NCBI GenBank assembly: GCA_963707025.1
Contig: CAVPOM010000006.1
Span: 416,001 to 480,000 of the forward strand
Origin: an uncultured Verrucomicrobiae bacterium
GTDB lineage: Bacteria > Verrucomicrobiota > Verrucomicrobiia > Limisphaerales > Palsa-1400
DNA: 64,000 nt
Reading direction: 5' to 3'
The notes under the pieces are model-generated. The model was not told the DNA's origin, made no database searches, and worked only from the letters and a program-made list of their open reading frames with translations. The position numbers and the translations under genes were made by a program. Below, in pieces: positions 1 to 10,008 of the stretch; the stretch's first letter is position 1; every line of letters starts with the position of its first letter.

Positions 1-1
1 A

Positions 2-64
2 ACCCCGGAGGCCAAACCCGCCGCCGAAGCGCCCGCCCCCTCCAGCCCGGAGGCCCAAGCCTAA
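2..64 (+). CDS. rplX: 3' end of probable 50S ribosomal protein L24 (low-complexity tail)
   Basis: Reads TPEAKPAAEAPAPSSPEAQA-stop just upstream of rplE; identity from spc operon synteny only. Confidence 0.6.
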   Translation, partial: TPEAKPAAEAPAPSSPEAQA

Positions 65-73
65 AGGCCAGCC

Positions 74-727
74 ATGAAACCCAGACTTTACGACAAGTAC
101 GTCAACGAGGTGCGGCCCGCCTTGCGCGAGAAGCGGCAGTACCAAAACATCCACCAGGTTCCACGCCTGGAGAAAATCGTGGTCAACATGGGAGTGAGCG
201 CGTCGCTGGAAAAAGGGGCGGTGGAAGACGCCGTGCGCGACATGACCCTCATCACCGGGCGCAAGCCGGTCGTCTGCAAATCGCGCCACAGCATCGCCAA
301 TTTCAAGCTGCGCGAAGGCCAGTCCATCGGCTGCCGCGTCACCTTGCGCCGCGAGCAGATGTACGAGTTCTTTGACCGCCTGGTCGCGGCCGCCTTGCCG
401 CGCATTCGTGACTTTCGCGGCCTTTCGCCCCGCTCCTTTGACGGGCGGGGCAATTACACCCTGGGCGTTTCGGAGCAGACCATCTTTCCCGAAGTCGAAC
501 TGGACAAGATCAAACGCAACCAGGGCATGGACATCACCATCGTCACCACCGCGCCGACGGACGGGGAGGCGATGGACCTGCTCAAGTTGATGGGCTTGCC
601 GTTTGCCGAGGCAAAAGTGGAGCACAAGCCGGCCGAGCACGCCGCCGCGCCACCCGCCCCGGCGGAGCAGGCGCCGGCGGAGCACCCGGCGGCAGAGCCA
701 AAGACCGCGGAACACAACGCACCCTAA
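74..727 (+). CDS. rplE: 50S ribosomal protein L5 with Ala/Pro/Glu/His C-terminal extension
   Basis: [41 protein letters not shown] motifs. Confidence 0.98.
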   Translation: MKPRLYDKYVNEVRPALREKRQYQNIHQVPRLEKIVVNMGVSASLEKGAVEDAVRDMTLITGRKPVVCKSRHSIANFKLREGQSIGCRVTLRREQMYEFFDRLVAAALPRIRDFRGLSPRSFDGRGNYTLGVSEQTIFPEVELDKIKRNQGMDITIVTTAPTDGEAMDLLKLMGLPFAEAKVEHKPAEHAAAPPAPAEQAPAEHPAAEPKTAEHNAP

Positions 728-734
728 ACCGTAT

Positions 735-1004
735 ATGGCCAAAATAGCCTGGATAGAACGCAACAAGAGGAAAGCCGCCACCGTGAAGAAATTCGCGGCT
801 CTGCGGGCCGAGTTGAAGGCGCGCCGCGATTACGCCGGCCTGAGCAAACTGCCGCGCGACGCCAGCCCAAGCCGCCTGGTCAACCGCTGTTCCATGACCG
901 GCCGCCGCCACGGCTATTTGCGCAAGTTCGCCTGCTCCCGCCTGACGTTCCGCGAGGCGGCCTTGAACGGGTTGATTCCGGGCGTGACCAAGGCAAGCTG
1001 GTAA
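735..1004 (+). CDS. rpsN: 30S ribosomal protein S14 (89-aa form without full Zn ribbon)
   Basis: MAK...[14 protein letters not shown]...[12 protein letters not shown] at 735. Confidence 0.97.
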   Translation: MAKIAWIERNKRKAATVKKFAALRAELKARRDYAGLSKLPRDASPSRLVNRCSMTGRRHGYLRKFACSRLTFREAALNGLIPGVTKASW

Positions 1005-1010
1005 AAATTT

Positions 1011-1397
1011 ATGAGCGATCCCATTTCAGACATGCTGACGCGCCTGCGCAATGCCGGCCGGGCTTTCCTGCCGGAGATCCTGCTGCCCCATTCCAAATTG
1101 AAGGAGGGCATTGCCCAATTGCTGAAAAAGGAGGGCTACTTGTCGGAGGTCGTGGTGGAAGGCCAGCCCATCAAGAAGCTCAAAATCAAGCTCAAGTACA
1201 ACGGGCGCAAGCCCGTGCTGGAAGGCTCCCGGCGCGTCAGTTCGCCCGGCTTGCGCCGCTATGTCGGCGCGACCAGCGTGCCGCGGGTGCGGGGCGGGAT
1301 GGGGACCTCCATTCTGTCCACCCCGGAGGGCATCATGACCGGCGTGCAGGCCCGCAAGAAGAATGTGGGCGGTGAATTGCTTTGTGAAGTTTGGTAG
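1011..1397 (+). CDS. rpsH: 30S ribosomal protein S8
   Basis: DPISDMLTRLRNA, SSPGLRRY, GGELLCEVW. Confidence 0.98.
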   Translation: MSDPISDMLTRLRNAGRAFLPEILLPHSKLKEGIAQLLKKEGYLSEVVVEGQPIKKLKIKLKYNGRKPVLEGSRRVSSPGLRRYVGATSVPRVRGGMGTSILSTPEGIMTGVQARKKNVGGELLCEVW

Positions 1398-1455
1398 CAG
1401 CAATCAGTCCAATCCGTCCAACCCGGCGGATCGGTCCGATAATCAAAAATAATTT

Positions 1456-1992
1456 ATGTCGCGAATTGGAAAAATGCCGGTGGCCGTCCCGCCAAAGGTC
1501 AAGGTGGAAATTAAAGGCCAGCAGGTCTCGGTGGAAGGGCCCAAAGGCAAGCTCGATTTCGAGCTGCCCCACCGCACCTCGGCCAAACTGGACGGGAGCA
1601 ACGTGGTCGTCAGCCGGGCCGGGGAGGATGCCCAAGCCAAGGCGCTCCACGGCCTCAGCCGCGCCCTGGTCCAAAATATGGTCAAGGGTGTGAGCGAGGG
1701 GTTTGTCAAGAAGCTGGAGATCCAGGGCGTCGGCTTCAAGGCCGCCGTGCAGGGCAACAAGGTCAATCTTGTCCTCGGTTATTCCCACCCGATCCTTTAT
1801 CTCATTCCGCGCCAGATCAAAGTGACGGTGGAGGAAAACACCAAGCTGACCATCGAAGGCCCGGACAAGCAATTGGTCGGGCAGGTCGCGGCCGAGATCC
1901 GCAGCTATTATCCGCCCGAGCCTTACAAGGGCAAGGGCGTGCGTTACGTGGGCGAGAAGGTCGTCCGCAAGGAAGGCAAAACGGTCCAATAA
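1456..1992 (+). CDS. rplF: 50S ribosomal protein L6
   Basis: MSRIGK, GPKGKL, PEPYKGKGVRY. Confidence 0.98.
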   Translation: MSRIGKMPVAVPPKVKVEIKGQQVSVEGPKGKLDFELPHRTSAKLDGSNVVVSRAGEDAQAKALHGLSRALVQNMVKGVSEGFVKKLEIQGVGFKAAVQGNKVNLVLGYSHPILYLIPRQIKVTVEENTKLTIEGPDKQLVGQVAAEIRSYYPPEPYKGKGVRYVGEKVVRKEGKTVQ

Positions 1993-2027
1993 CTAAACGG
2001 CGGCGGCTTCCTCCGCCGCCCCATGCC

Positions 2028-2393
2028 ATGAGAAGCGATAAAAAACAAAAGCTGGCCAGGCTGCGACACTTTCGCATCCGGCAAAAGGTCACCGGCACGC
2101 GCCAGCGTCCGCGCATGAGCGTGCGCTTCACCAACGAGAACATTTACGTCCAGTTTATTGACGACGCCGCGGGAGCCACGCTGGCCTGCGCCTCGACCCT
2201 GGACAAGGCCCTGCCGGAGCGCGCCACCCTGGCCGCCAACACGGCCAGCGCGAAAAAGATCGGAGCCAGGGCGGCGGAGGCCGCCAAAAGCAAAGGGATC
2301 ACCAGCGTCGTTTTTGATCGCAGCGGGGCGCGTTATCATGGCAAGGTAAAGGCCCTGGCCGACGCGGCGCGCGAAGGCGGATTGAAGTTTTAA
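2028..2393 (+). CDS. rplR: 50S ribosomal protein L18
   Basis: [34 protein letters not shown]. Confidence 0.98.
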   Translation: MRSDKKQKLARLRHFRIRQKVTGTRQRPRMSVRFTNENIYVQFIDDAAGATLACASTLDKALPERATLAANTASAKKIGARAAEAAKSKGITSVVFDRSGARYHGKVKALADAAREGGLKF

Positions 2394-2412
2394 CATTAAG
2401 AACCCAAATATT

Positions 2413-3201
2413 GTGGCTGAATTACATAAAACATCCAGTGGACCCGCCCGAGGCGGGAGCGGAGGCGGCCGCGGTCCCGGCCGCAGCCCGCGCCGCAGCC
2501 GTGCCACCACGCCGGAAGGCGACGGTTCCGCGGGCGGGGCGGAAGGCGGCAAGGAATTGAGCGAGAAGGTCGTCTTCATCAACCGTTCCGCCAAGGTGGT
2601 CAAAGGCGGCCGCCGTTTCAGCTTCAGCGCCTTGGTCGTGGCCGGGGACAAGCAGGGGCGGGTCGGCATCGGTTTGGGCAAGGCGGTGGAGGTCAGCGAG
2701 GCCATCCGCAAGGGCGGCGACATGGCCAAGCAGCAGATGGTTTCCGTTTCCCTGAAGGATGCCACCATTCCCCACGAGATTTTATGCCGCTATGGCGGGG
2801 CCAAGGTGATGTTGCGTCCCGCCTCGCCCGGCACGGGCATCATTGCCGGCAAAACCGTGCGCGCGGTGGTCGAGTCGGCCGGCGTCAAAGACATTTTGAC
2901 CAAGTCCCTCGGTTCCAACAATCCGTCCAACGTGGTCAAGGCCACCCTGGCCGGATTGCAGCAGCTTCGCTTGCGGGAAGATATTTATCGCGACCGGGGA
3001 ATTGAAATAAAGAAAAAGCCGGTGGCCGCTCCCCTGGCCCCGGCCGCAGCGGCGCCCGCGGCCCCGGCGGCAACGCCAGCGCCTGTGGCTCCCGCGGCGC
3101 AGCCGGCCATCACTCCAGCACTCCAACACTCCGCCGCTCCCGCGGCACCCCCCGTGGCAGAGCCAGCCCCAACAGTCGTGCCCCCGCCCGCCACTATTTG
3201 A
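2413..3201 (+). CDS. rpsE: 30S ribosomal protein S5 with Gly/Arg N-terminal and Ala/Pro C-terminal extensions
   Basis: [41 protein letters not shown]. Confidence 0.97.
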   Translation: MAELHKTSSGPARGGSGGGRGPGRSPRRSRATTPEGDGSAGGAEGGKELSEKVVFINRSAKVVKGGRRFSFSALVVAGDKQGRVGIGLGKAVEVSEAIRKGGDMAKQQMVSVSLKDATIPHEILCRYGGAKVMLRPASPGTGIIAGKTVRAVVESAGVKDILTKSLGSNNPSNVVKATLAGLQQLRLREDIYRDRGIEIKKKPVAAPLAPAAAAPAAPAATPAPVAPAAQPAITPALQHSAAPAAPPVAEPAPTVVPPPATI

Positions 3202-3205
3202 TCTT

Positions 3206-3679
3206 ATGCGTTTACACGATCTCAAACCTCGTCCCGGCGCCAAACACCGTCGCAAACGGCTCGGCCAGGGGGAATCCAGCGGCCACGGCAAAACCAGCGG
3301 TCGCGGCGGCAAGGGCCAGACGGCCCGGTCGGGCAGTTCGATTCGCATTGGGTTTGAAGGCGGCCAGATGCCCTTGATCCGGCGGCTGCCCAAGCGGGGA
3401 TTTAACAACGCCAACTTCACCACCCGCTATGTGCCGGTCAACCTGGCGGCGCTCAACCGGTTTGAGGACGGGGCCACGGTGGACGAGACGGCCTTGCGCG
3501 GGGCCGGGCTGGCCAACGGGGGCAAGCGGATCAAGATCCTGGGCGATGGCGAATTGAAAAAGAAACTGACCGTCAAAATTCATTCCTTCAGCGCGTCGGC
3601 GCGGGCCAAGATTGAGAAACTGGGCGGCACCTGCCAGGTGGTCGCCCTCGCGCCAAAAAAGGCGGCGGCCGCAGCCTGA
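3206..3679 (+). CDS. rplO: 50S ribosomal protein L15
   Basis: GKTSGRGGKGQ, GFEGGQMPLIRRLPKRGF. Confidence 0.98.
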   Translation: MRLHDLKPRPGAKHRRKRLGQGESSGHGKTSGRGGKGQTARSGSSIRIGFEGGQMPLIRRLPKRGFNNANFTTRYVPVNLAALNRFEDGATVDETALRGAGLANGGKRIKILGDGELKKKLTVKIHSFSASARAKIEKLGGTCQVVALAPKKAAAAA

Positions 3680-3694
3680 TTCCCGGATCATTCG

Positions 3695-5098
3695 ATGTTC
3701 TCCTCCATTTTCACCACCTTCGGCAACTGCCTCAAGATTCCCGAGCTCAAGTCGCGCATCGGCTTCACCCTGTGGATGCTCTTCTTCTGCCGCCTGGCCT
3801 CGCTCATTCCCACCCCCGGGCTGAACAGCAAGGCGCTGGTTGACTATTTTCAGTCCGCCGCCGGCAAGGGCGGCATGGGCGGAGGTCTGATGGGGATGTA
3901 CAGCATGTTCACCGGCGGCGGTTTTGAACGCTGCGCCGTGGGCAGCCTGGGCATCATGCCCTACATCAGCGCCACCATTATCCTGCAACTCCTCCAGGCC
4001 GTGGTCCCCACCCTGAGCAAATTGGCCCGGGAAGAAGGGGGCCGGGCCAAACTGATCCAGAAGGGACGTTACCTGACGGTGGGCCTGTGCTTGATCCAGG
4101 GACTGGTCATGGCGATCAGTTGGGAGCATCCGACCAGCGTGTTCACCAATTTCAAGGACGTCCTGGTGACCATGCATCCCATGTGGTGGTATCGCATTCA
4201 AACCACCCTCATCCTGACCACCGGCACGGTGCTGCTCATGTGGCTGGGCGAACAGATTACTGACCGGGGCATCGGCAACGGCATTTCCCTCATCATCACC
4301 ATCGGCATTTTGGCGCGCCTGCCGCAAATGGTGCTGGGTTTGAAGGACATGTTCCTGACGAAGGACCCCACCACCGGCGAGGCTCAATATAATATGTTTC
4401 ATTTCGCCGCCATGATGATGCTGCTCGCCGCCGTCATCGCCGGCATCGTCGCCGTCACCCAGGCCCAGCGGAAAATCCCCGTGCAATACGCCCAGCGCGT
4501 GGTGGGGCGCAAAACCTATTCCGGCGGCAGTTCCTTCATGCCCCTGCGCGTCAACTACGCGGGGGTCATGCCGGTCATTTTTGCCGCCGCCATTCTCATG
4601 TTTATCACCTTTATCCCGACGCAACTGGGCAAGTATTTCTCCGATCACGCTTTCGGGGCGCTGCTCACCCAGCTTGGGGACAGCCTCAATCGCGGCTCCG
4701 TGCTCTATTTGATTTTATACGGCTTGATGATCCTGTTTTTCTCCTATTTCTGGGTGGCCACACAGTTCAATGAAATCCAAATCGCCGACGATATGAAAAA
4801 GGGCGGCGGCTATGTGCCGGGCGTGCGCCCGGGGCAGGCGACCAGTGATTTCCTCCACAAAACGATGAGCCGCATCACCCTGGCCGGGGCCATCTTTCTC
4901 ACCATCATCGCCGTGGTGCCCATTATCATGAGCCCCTGGATGAGCATCCCCACCCAGGTCTCCCAGTTTTTTGGCGGCACCAGCCTGCTCATCATGGTGG
5001 GGGTGATGCTCGACACCATGCGCCAGATGGAGGCGCAATTGTTGACCCGGCAATACCCGGGCTTTTTGAAGAAGGGCCGGGTCAAGGGGCGGTTTTAG
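3695..5098 (+). CDS. secY: Preprotein translocase subunit SecY
   Basis: LGIMPYISATII, WLGEQIT.RGIGNGISL, GVRPG, FGGTSLLIMVGV. Confidence 0.98.
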   Translation: MFSSIFTTFGNCLKIPELKSRIGFTLWMLFFCRLASLIPTPGLNSKALVDYFQSAAGKGGMGGGLMGMYSMFTGGGFERCAVGSLGIMPYISATIILQLLQAVVPTLSKLAREEGGRAKLIQKGRYLTVGLCLIQGLVMAISWEHPTSVFTNFKDVLVTMHPMWWYRIQTTLILTTGTVLLMWLGEQITDRGIGNGISLIITIGILARLPQMVLGLKDMFLTKDPTTGEAQYNMFHFAAMMMLLAAVIAGIVAVTQAQRKIPVQYAQRVVGRKTYSGGSSFMPLRVNYAGVMPVIFAAAILMFITFIPTQLGKYFSDHAFGALLTQLGDSLNRGSVLYLILYGLMILFFSYFWVATQFNEIQIADDMKKGGGYVPGVRPGQATSDFLHKTMSRITLAGAIFLTIIAVVPIIMSPWMSIPTQVSQFFGGTSLLIMVGVMLDTMRQMEAQLLTRQYPGFLKKGRVKGRF

Positions 5099-5142
5099 CG
5101 GACGGTCTTGCCCCCGGCCAGCCCGAACCCCGCGGCCATAAG

Positions 5143-5922
5143 ATGATCATTTTAAAAAGCGAGCGAGACTTGGAAGTGATGCGTCCGGCCGGAGTGGTGG
5201 CGGCGACGGTGCTGGAGGAGGTCGCCTCGTTTATCCAGCCGGGGGTGAGCACCCGCGAAGTGGATGAGTTCGCGGCGGAGCGGATCAAGTTTTACGAGGG
5301 CAAGAGCGCCTTTTTGGGGTATCGGAAGTTTCCGTGCCATATTTGCATCTCGGTCAATGAGCAGGTCGTGCATGGGCTGGCCGGTGCCAGGCGGCTGGAG
5401 TTCGGCGAAATAGTCAGCCTGGACATCGGGGTGCTTTATCGCGGCTTTATCGGCGACACCGCCCGCACGGTGGCGGTGGGGGGCTGCGACGTGGCGGCGC
5501 AACGCCTGATGGACGTGACCGAGCAGGCCTTGCATTGGGGGATTGGGCAGGCCCTGGCCGGCAAGCGGGTGGTGGACATCTCGCGCACCATCCAGGAATT
5601 TGTCGAGTCCAACGGCTACAGCGTGGTGCGGGAGTTTGTCGGGCACGGGGTGGGGCGCTCCATGCATGAGGAGCCGCAGGTGCCCAATTTTGTGGAGAAG
5701 GACAAGCCCTCGCCCAAATTGCGGCCGGGCATGACCATTGCCATCGAGCCGATGGTCAACGGCGGCCGGCCCGAAGTCATGGTCTTGAATGATGGCTGGA
5801 CAGTCGTCACCAGAGATGGTCAACTGTCCGCTCATTTTGAGCACACGGTCTTGATTACCGAGGGTGAACCGGAGATTCTGACATGGCCAGCCAAGGTGCC
5901 TTCCAGGTTGAGGGCCGGGTAG
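5143..5922 (+). CDS. map: Methionine aminopeptidase type I
   Basis: CISVNEQVVHG, GDTART, GHGVG..MHEEP, AIEPM, SAHFEHTV. Confidence 0.97.
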   Translation: MIILKSERDLEVMRPAGVVAATVLEEVASFIQPGVSTREVDEFAAERIKFYEGKSAFLGYRKFPCHICISVNEQVVHGLAGARRLEFGEIVSLDIGVLYRGFIGDTARTVAVGGCDVAAQRLMDVTEQALHWGIGQALAGKRVVDISRTIQEFVESNGYSVVREFVGHGVGRSMHEEPQVPNFVEKDKPSPKLRPGMTIAIEPMVNGGRPEVMVLNDGWTVVTRDGQLSAHFEHTVLITEGEPEILTWPAKVPSRLRAG

Positions 5923-6092
5923 TGCAGGCGCTGCCCAAAATGCGGTTTTGGGTCGAGCTGCCCAACGGGCATCGCTTGCTGGCCCACGTCTCGGCCAAAA
6001 ACCGCCGTTTGGCGGAAGGTTTGGCGGCGGGCGACAGGGTGAAATTGGAAGTCTCGCCTTTCGATTTGTCGAAAGGCAGCATAACGCGATAG
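5883..6092 (+). CDS. infA: Translation initiation factor IF-1 (divergent)
   Basis: VEGRVVQALP...VELPNGH...GDRVKLEVSPFDLSKG; position between map and rpmJ. Confidence 0.88.
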   Translation: MASQGAFQVEGRVVQALPKMRFWVELPNGHRLLAHVSAKNRRLAEGLAAGDRVKLEVSPFDLSKGSITR

Positions 6093-6105
6093 ATTGGCTT
6101 AATTT

Positions 6106-6219
6106 ATGAAAGTACGGGCCTCAGTCAAAAAACTTTGCGAGAACTGCAAAATCGTCAAACGCAAGGGCGTGATTCGTGTCATCTGCACCAATCCGCGCCA
6201 CAAACAAAGACAAGGATAA
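6106..6219 (+). CDS. rpmJ: 50S ribosomal protein L36 (Zn-ribbon type); too short for the ORF track
   Basis: Hand translation [37 protein letters not shown]. Confidence 0.98.
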   Translation: MKVRASVKKLCENCKIVKRKGVIRVICTNPRHKQRQG

Positions 6220-6225
6220 AAAACT

Positions 6226-6621
6226 ATGGCACGAGTCGTCGGAGTTGAAATTCCCGGGGAGAAGCGCATTGATGTTGCCTTGCGCTACATCTTCGGCATT
6301 GGGCCTTCCAATGCCACCGTCATCCTGGCCAAGGCGGGCATTGACCCCGCCCTGCGCGCCAAGAACCTGGACGAGTCGCAGTTGTCCCAGATTGTCCATG
6401 CCATCCAGGACGGCAAGTACGTCATTGAAGGGGACCTGCGGCGCGAACTGGGCATCAACCTCAAACGCCTCCAAGGCATCAAATGTTATCGCGGCATCCG
6501 CCATTTGCGCGGCCTGCCGGTGCGCGGCCAGCGCACTTCCACCAACGCCCGCACCCGCAAAGGCCCGCGCAAGACCGTCGGCGTGCAGCGCAATCCCAAC
6601 GCCAAGACCGGCATCCACTAA
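6226..6621 (+). CDS. rpsM: 30S ribosomal protein S13
   Basis: [33 protein letters not shown]. Confidence 0.98.
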   Translation: MARVVGVEIPGEKRIDVALRYIFGIGPSNATVILAKAGIDPALRAKNLDESQLSQIVHAIQDGKYVIEGDLRRELGINLKRLQGIKCYRGIRHLRGLPVRGQRTSTNARTRKGPRKTVGVQRNPNAKTGIH

Positions 6622-6630
6622 TTCTCTCCT

Positions 6631-7316
6631 ATGGCTGACGATCCCAAACAAAAAACGCCCGCCCCCAAAAAGGAGGGCAAACCGGAAGGCGAAACGCCCA
6701 AAGGTTCCCATCCGCCCAAAAGGCCGGCCACCAGGCTGCCGCTGACGCCAAGGGCAAACCCGCCGCCGCCCCTGCCACCGCCGGCGCCGTCCCCGCCGCC
6801 CCTGGCGCCGCTCCCGGCGCCGCTCCCGGTGCCGCTCCCGGCGCCGCTCCCGGCGCCGCCCCCGCCGCCCCCGGCGGTATGGTGGCGGCCGCTTCGGCCC
6901 CGACGGCGGCTGAATTGCTGGGCGAAGATGCCAATGCCCGCAAGATCATCAAAGCCAAGGGCGCGAAAAACATTTCGGTGGGCATCGCCAACATCCTGGC
7001 CACCTTTAACAACACCAACGTCACCATCACCGACATGCAGGGCAACGTGCTGGGCTGGTCCAGCGCCGGGCGGGTCGGCTTTAAAGGCTCGCGCAAAAGC
7101 ACGGCCTTTGCCGCCCAGCAGGTGGCGCAGGACGCCGCCCGCCAGGCCATGTCCCACGGCATGAGGGAAATTGAAGTCCGCGTCAAAGGCCCCGGCTCGG
7201 GGCGGGAATCGGCCATTCGCGCCCTGCAAGCCATCGGCCTGGAAATCAGCGCGATCAAGGACGTCACCCCCGTTCCCCACAACGGCTGCCGTCCGCGCAA
7301 GAAACGCCGCGTCTAA
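6631..7316 (+). CDS. rpsK: 30S ribosomal protein S11 with long N-terminal extension; apparent 1-nt frameshift near 6718-6721 (core intact from 6879)
   Basis: Core [39 protein letters not shown] 6631 (MADDPKQK...) joins the APGA-repeat frame if A4 at 6718-6721 is A5. Confidence 0.93.
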
Positions 7317-7334
7317 GTTGTCTTGGGAGATTTG

Positions 7335-7376
7335 AGATTAAGATTAAGATTAAGATTAAGAGTAAGACTCAGAATA
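7335..7376 (+). repeat. AGATTA hexamer tandem repeat (4 perfect plus degenerate units) directly before rpsD
   Basis: agatta agatta agatta agatta agagta agactc agaata. Confidence 0.9.
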
Positions 7377-7380
7377 TATT

Positions 7381-7989
7381 ATGGCTCGTTACACTGGACC
7401 CCGCACCCGCATCAGCCGCCGCTTCGGCATCCCCATGTTCGGCCCGGACAAATATCTGGAACGCCGCAACTACGGTCCCGGCGTGCATGGACCAAAGTCC
7501 CGGCGCAAGCACACCGAATACGGCCTGGGCCTGATCGAGAAGCAGAAACTGCGCTATTTTTACGGCCTGATGGAACGGCAGTTTCGCGGCGTCTATGAGC
7601 GCGCCCTCAAGCGCCGCGGCGTCACCGGCGAGCAGATGCTGCAAATCCTGGAAACCCGCCTGGACAATGTGGTTTACCACCTGGGCTTTGCCGCCACCCG
7701 CGCCGCCGCCCGCCAGATGGTCAGCCACGGCCACATCAAGGTCAACGGCCGCAAGGTCAACATCCCCTCTTACGGCTTGAAGATCAATGACATCGTGGAG
7801 GTCAAGGATACCAGCGTCTCCCGCCAGTTGGCCTCCAAAAATTTGGAAATGGCCACCAGCCGGGTCGTGCCCGATTGGATGTCCCTGGCCAAGGAAGCCT
7901 GCAAAGGCACCATCCTGCGCATCCCGACCCGGGCCGAAATCCAGCCCATCGCCAATGAGCAGGCCGTCGTCGAATTCTATTCCCGCTAG
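7381..7989 (+). CDS. rpsD: 30S ribosomal protein S4
   Basis: MARYTGP, EKQKLR, LETRLDNVVY, ARQMVSHGH, VVEFYSR. Confidence 0.98.
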   Translation: MARYTGPRTRISRRFGIPMFGPDKYLERRNYGPGVHGPKSRRKHTEYGLGLIEKQKLRYFYGLMERQFRGVYERALKRRGVTGEQMLQILETRLDNVVYHLGFAATRAAARQMVSHGHIKVNGRKVNIPSYGLKINDIVEVKDTSVSRQLASKNLEMATSRVVPDWMSLAKEACKGTILRIPTRAEIQPIANEQAVVEFYSR

Positions 7990-8090
7990 ACAACAAACCG
8001 TCCCGCCCGCGCGGGACAAAAACAATTACACGGGCTTCGCCGCGGCGGGAACCGGCGCCGAAGCCAGATTAAAATTGTGGAAAGGAAACT

Positions 8091-9107
8091 ATGCCAGTTC
8101 GTCTAGGACGTTTTGAAATGCCCAAGCGGTTGACCAAGGAGGACGCCTCCGCCACCGACACCTACGCCAAGTTCTTCGCCGAGCCTTTTGAAACCGGCTA
8201 CGGCCATACCATCGGCAACTCCCTGCGCCGCGTCCTGCTCTCCTCCCTGGAAGGCGCCGCCATCTCCTCCATCAAGGTCGAAGGCGCCCAGCACGAATTC
8301 GCCACCATTGACGGCGTGGTCGAGGATGTGACCGACGTGGTCTTGAACCTCAAAAAAGTCCTCCTCAAGGCCCACAGCCGCGACACCCAGACCCTCCTCC
8401 TCTCCGTCAACAAGGAGGGCGAAGTCACCGCCGGCGACATCGAACTCAACCAGAACGTCGAACTGGTCAATCCCGAACAGCATATCTGCACCCTTGACAA
8501 GAAGAAAAAATTCGAGATGGAGCTGGAGGTCAAGGTCGGCCGCGGCTTTTGCCCGGGCGACGAAAACAAAAAGCCCGACCAGGCCATCGGCGTCATCGCC
8601 ATTGATTCCCTGTTCTCTCCCGTCACCCGCGTCCGTTACGCCGTGGAAAACGCCCGCGTCGGCCAGCGCACCGATTACGACCGCCTCATCCTGGAGATTT
8701 GGACCGACGGCCGCATCACCCCCGACGACGCCCTGGTCCAGTCCTCCGCCATCCTCCAGCATCATCTGGACGTCTTCATCGGCTACGACAAGAACGCCGT
8801 CGAATTCGAGGAGACCGAAACCAAGCAGGACGACGAGAAGGCCAAGCTGAAGAAGCTGCTCAACATGAGCGTCAACGAAATCGAGTTGAGCGTGCGCGCG
8901 GCCAACTGCCTCAACAACGCCAACATCACCTCCGTCGGCCAGCTCTCCATGAAAACCGAGGCCGAGATGTTGAAATACCGCAACTTCGGCAAAAAGTCCC
9001 TCAACGAAATCAAGGAGAAACTGGCCAGCTTGGGCCTTTCCTTGGGCATGAACATTGACCAGAGTTTGCTCGAAGCCCCCAAGGAAGAAGTCAAGCTCAC
9101 CGAATAA
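8091..9107 (+). CDS. rpoA: RNA polymerase subunit alpha
   Basis: EPFETGYGHTIGNSLRRVLLSS, ELSVRAANCL, RNFGKKSLNEI. Confidence 0.99.
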   Translation: MPVRLGRFEMPKRLTKEDASATDTYAKFFAEPFETGYGHTIGNSLRRVLLSSLEGAAISSIKVEGAQHEFATIDGVVEDVTDVVLNLKKVLLKAHSRDTQTLLLSVNKEGEVTAGDIELNQNVELVNPEQHICTLDKKKKFEMELEVKVGRGFCPGDENKKPDQAIGVIAIDSLFSPVTRVRYAVENARVGQRTDYDRLILEIWTDGRITPDDALVQSSAILQHHLDVFIGYDKNAVEFEETETKQDDEKAKLKKLLNMSVNEIELSVRAANCLNNANITSVGQLSMKTEAEMLKYRNFGKKSLNEIKEKLASLGLSLGMNIDQSLLEAPKEEVKLTE

Positions 9108-9117
9108 TTTTCCTCTT

Positions 9118-9654
9118 ATGCGCCATTTAAAACGCACCGCCAAGCTCGGACGCACCGGCACCCACCGCAACCGCATGCTGGCCAGCATGGTTTGCAGCCT
9201 GATCAAACATCGCCGCATCACCACCACCCTGGCCAAAGCCAGGGCCGCCCGGTCCATCGCCGACAAGATGATCACCCTGGGCAAGTCCGGCACGCTTCAC
9301 CACCGCCGCCTGGCCTCCGCCCGCCTGCATCAGGACGAGGAGGCCATCAAAATCCTCTTCAACGTCATCGCCCCGACCCAGAAGGAGCGCCGCGGCGGCT
9401 ACACCCGCATTGTCCGTCTCGGCGGCCCCAGTGGCAAGCACCGCGCCTTCCGCCAGGGCGACGCCGCCGAAATGGTGCTCCTGGAATTTGTGGACGTGCC
9501 CGTTTCCGAAGAAACCGCTCCCGAAGCCGGGACCGGCGAAGCCGCGAAAAAGTCCGACCAAGCCGCCAAGCTCGCCGAAGCCAAGAAGGACAAGGACGAC
9601 AAAAAGGAAAAAGAAGCCAAGCCGGAAAAGGAAGCCGCCGCCGCCCCCGCCTAA
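9118..9654 (+). CDS. rplQ: 50S ribosomal protein L17 with Lys/Glu/Ala C-terminal extension
   Basis: MRHLKRTAKLGR, ITTTLAKAR, RRGGYTRI, GDAAEM; ATG at 9118. Confidence 0.97.
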   Translation: MRHLKRTAKLGRTGTHRNRMLASMVCSLIKHRRITTTLAKARAARSIADKMITLGKSGTLHHRRLASARLHQDEEAIKILFNVIAPTQKERRGGYTRIVRLGGPSGKHRAFRQGDAAEMVLLEFVDVPVSEETAPEAGTGEAAKKSDQAAKLAEAKKDKDDKKEKEAKPEKEAAAAPA

Positions 9655-9678
9655 CCGTTGCCAGTTTGCTTTTGCACT

Positions 9679-9810
9679 GTAGCGGCGGTCTGCGACCGCC
9701 GCCATAACACTCCTTTCCGCCGGTGCCCGCCGCCCAGCGCCGTGGGCGCGACATCTTTGTAGAACCCCGGAACCAAAAATCCTCAAGCCCGGTAGGCGGC
9801 GGCATATTCG
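9679..9810 (+). repeat. GTAG-type REP hairpin (9679-9702) followed by a second REP-like repeat at the end of the alpha operon
   Basis: GTA-GCGGCGGTC-tgc-GACCGCCGC; same REP as inside the MITEs at 38754 and 43938. Confidence 0.7.
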
Positions 9811-10008
9811 GCCACCCATTCCTCGCGTCCCGCATCACCCCCCGTCAATTTAGCCGTTATGCCCGGCGAAATGCAGTTGCAACTCCGGCGCACAATGTCG
9901 CACTGGAACCGCGCCGACTGGGTTTTTTGTTTTCCATCCTCGCCGTGTTGCCGGATTATCCCCAAAAAGACTGTCACACTTTCACTTTGGCGCAAATGTA
10001 TATGTAGG

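Noticed and set aside
7323..7598. ORF with an LRLRLRLR leader peptide
   Set aside because: Translation of the AGATTA repeat running out of frame into rpsD.
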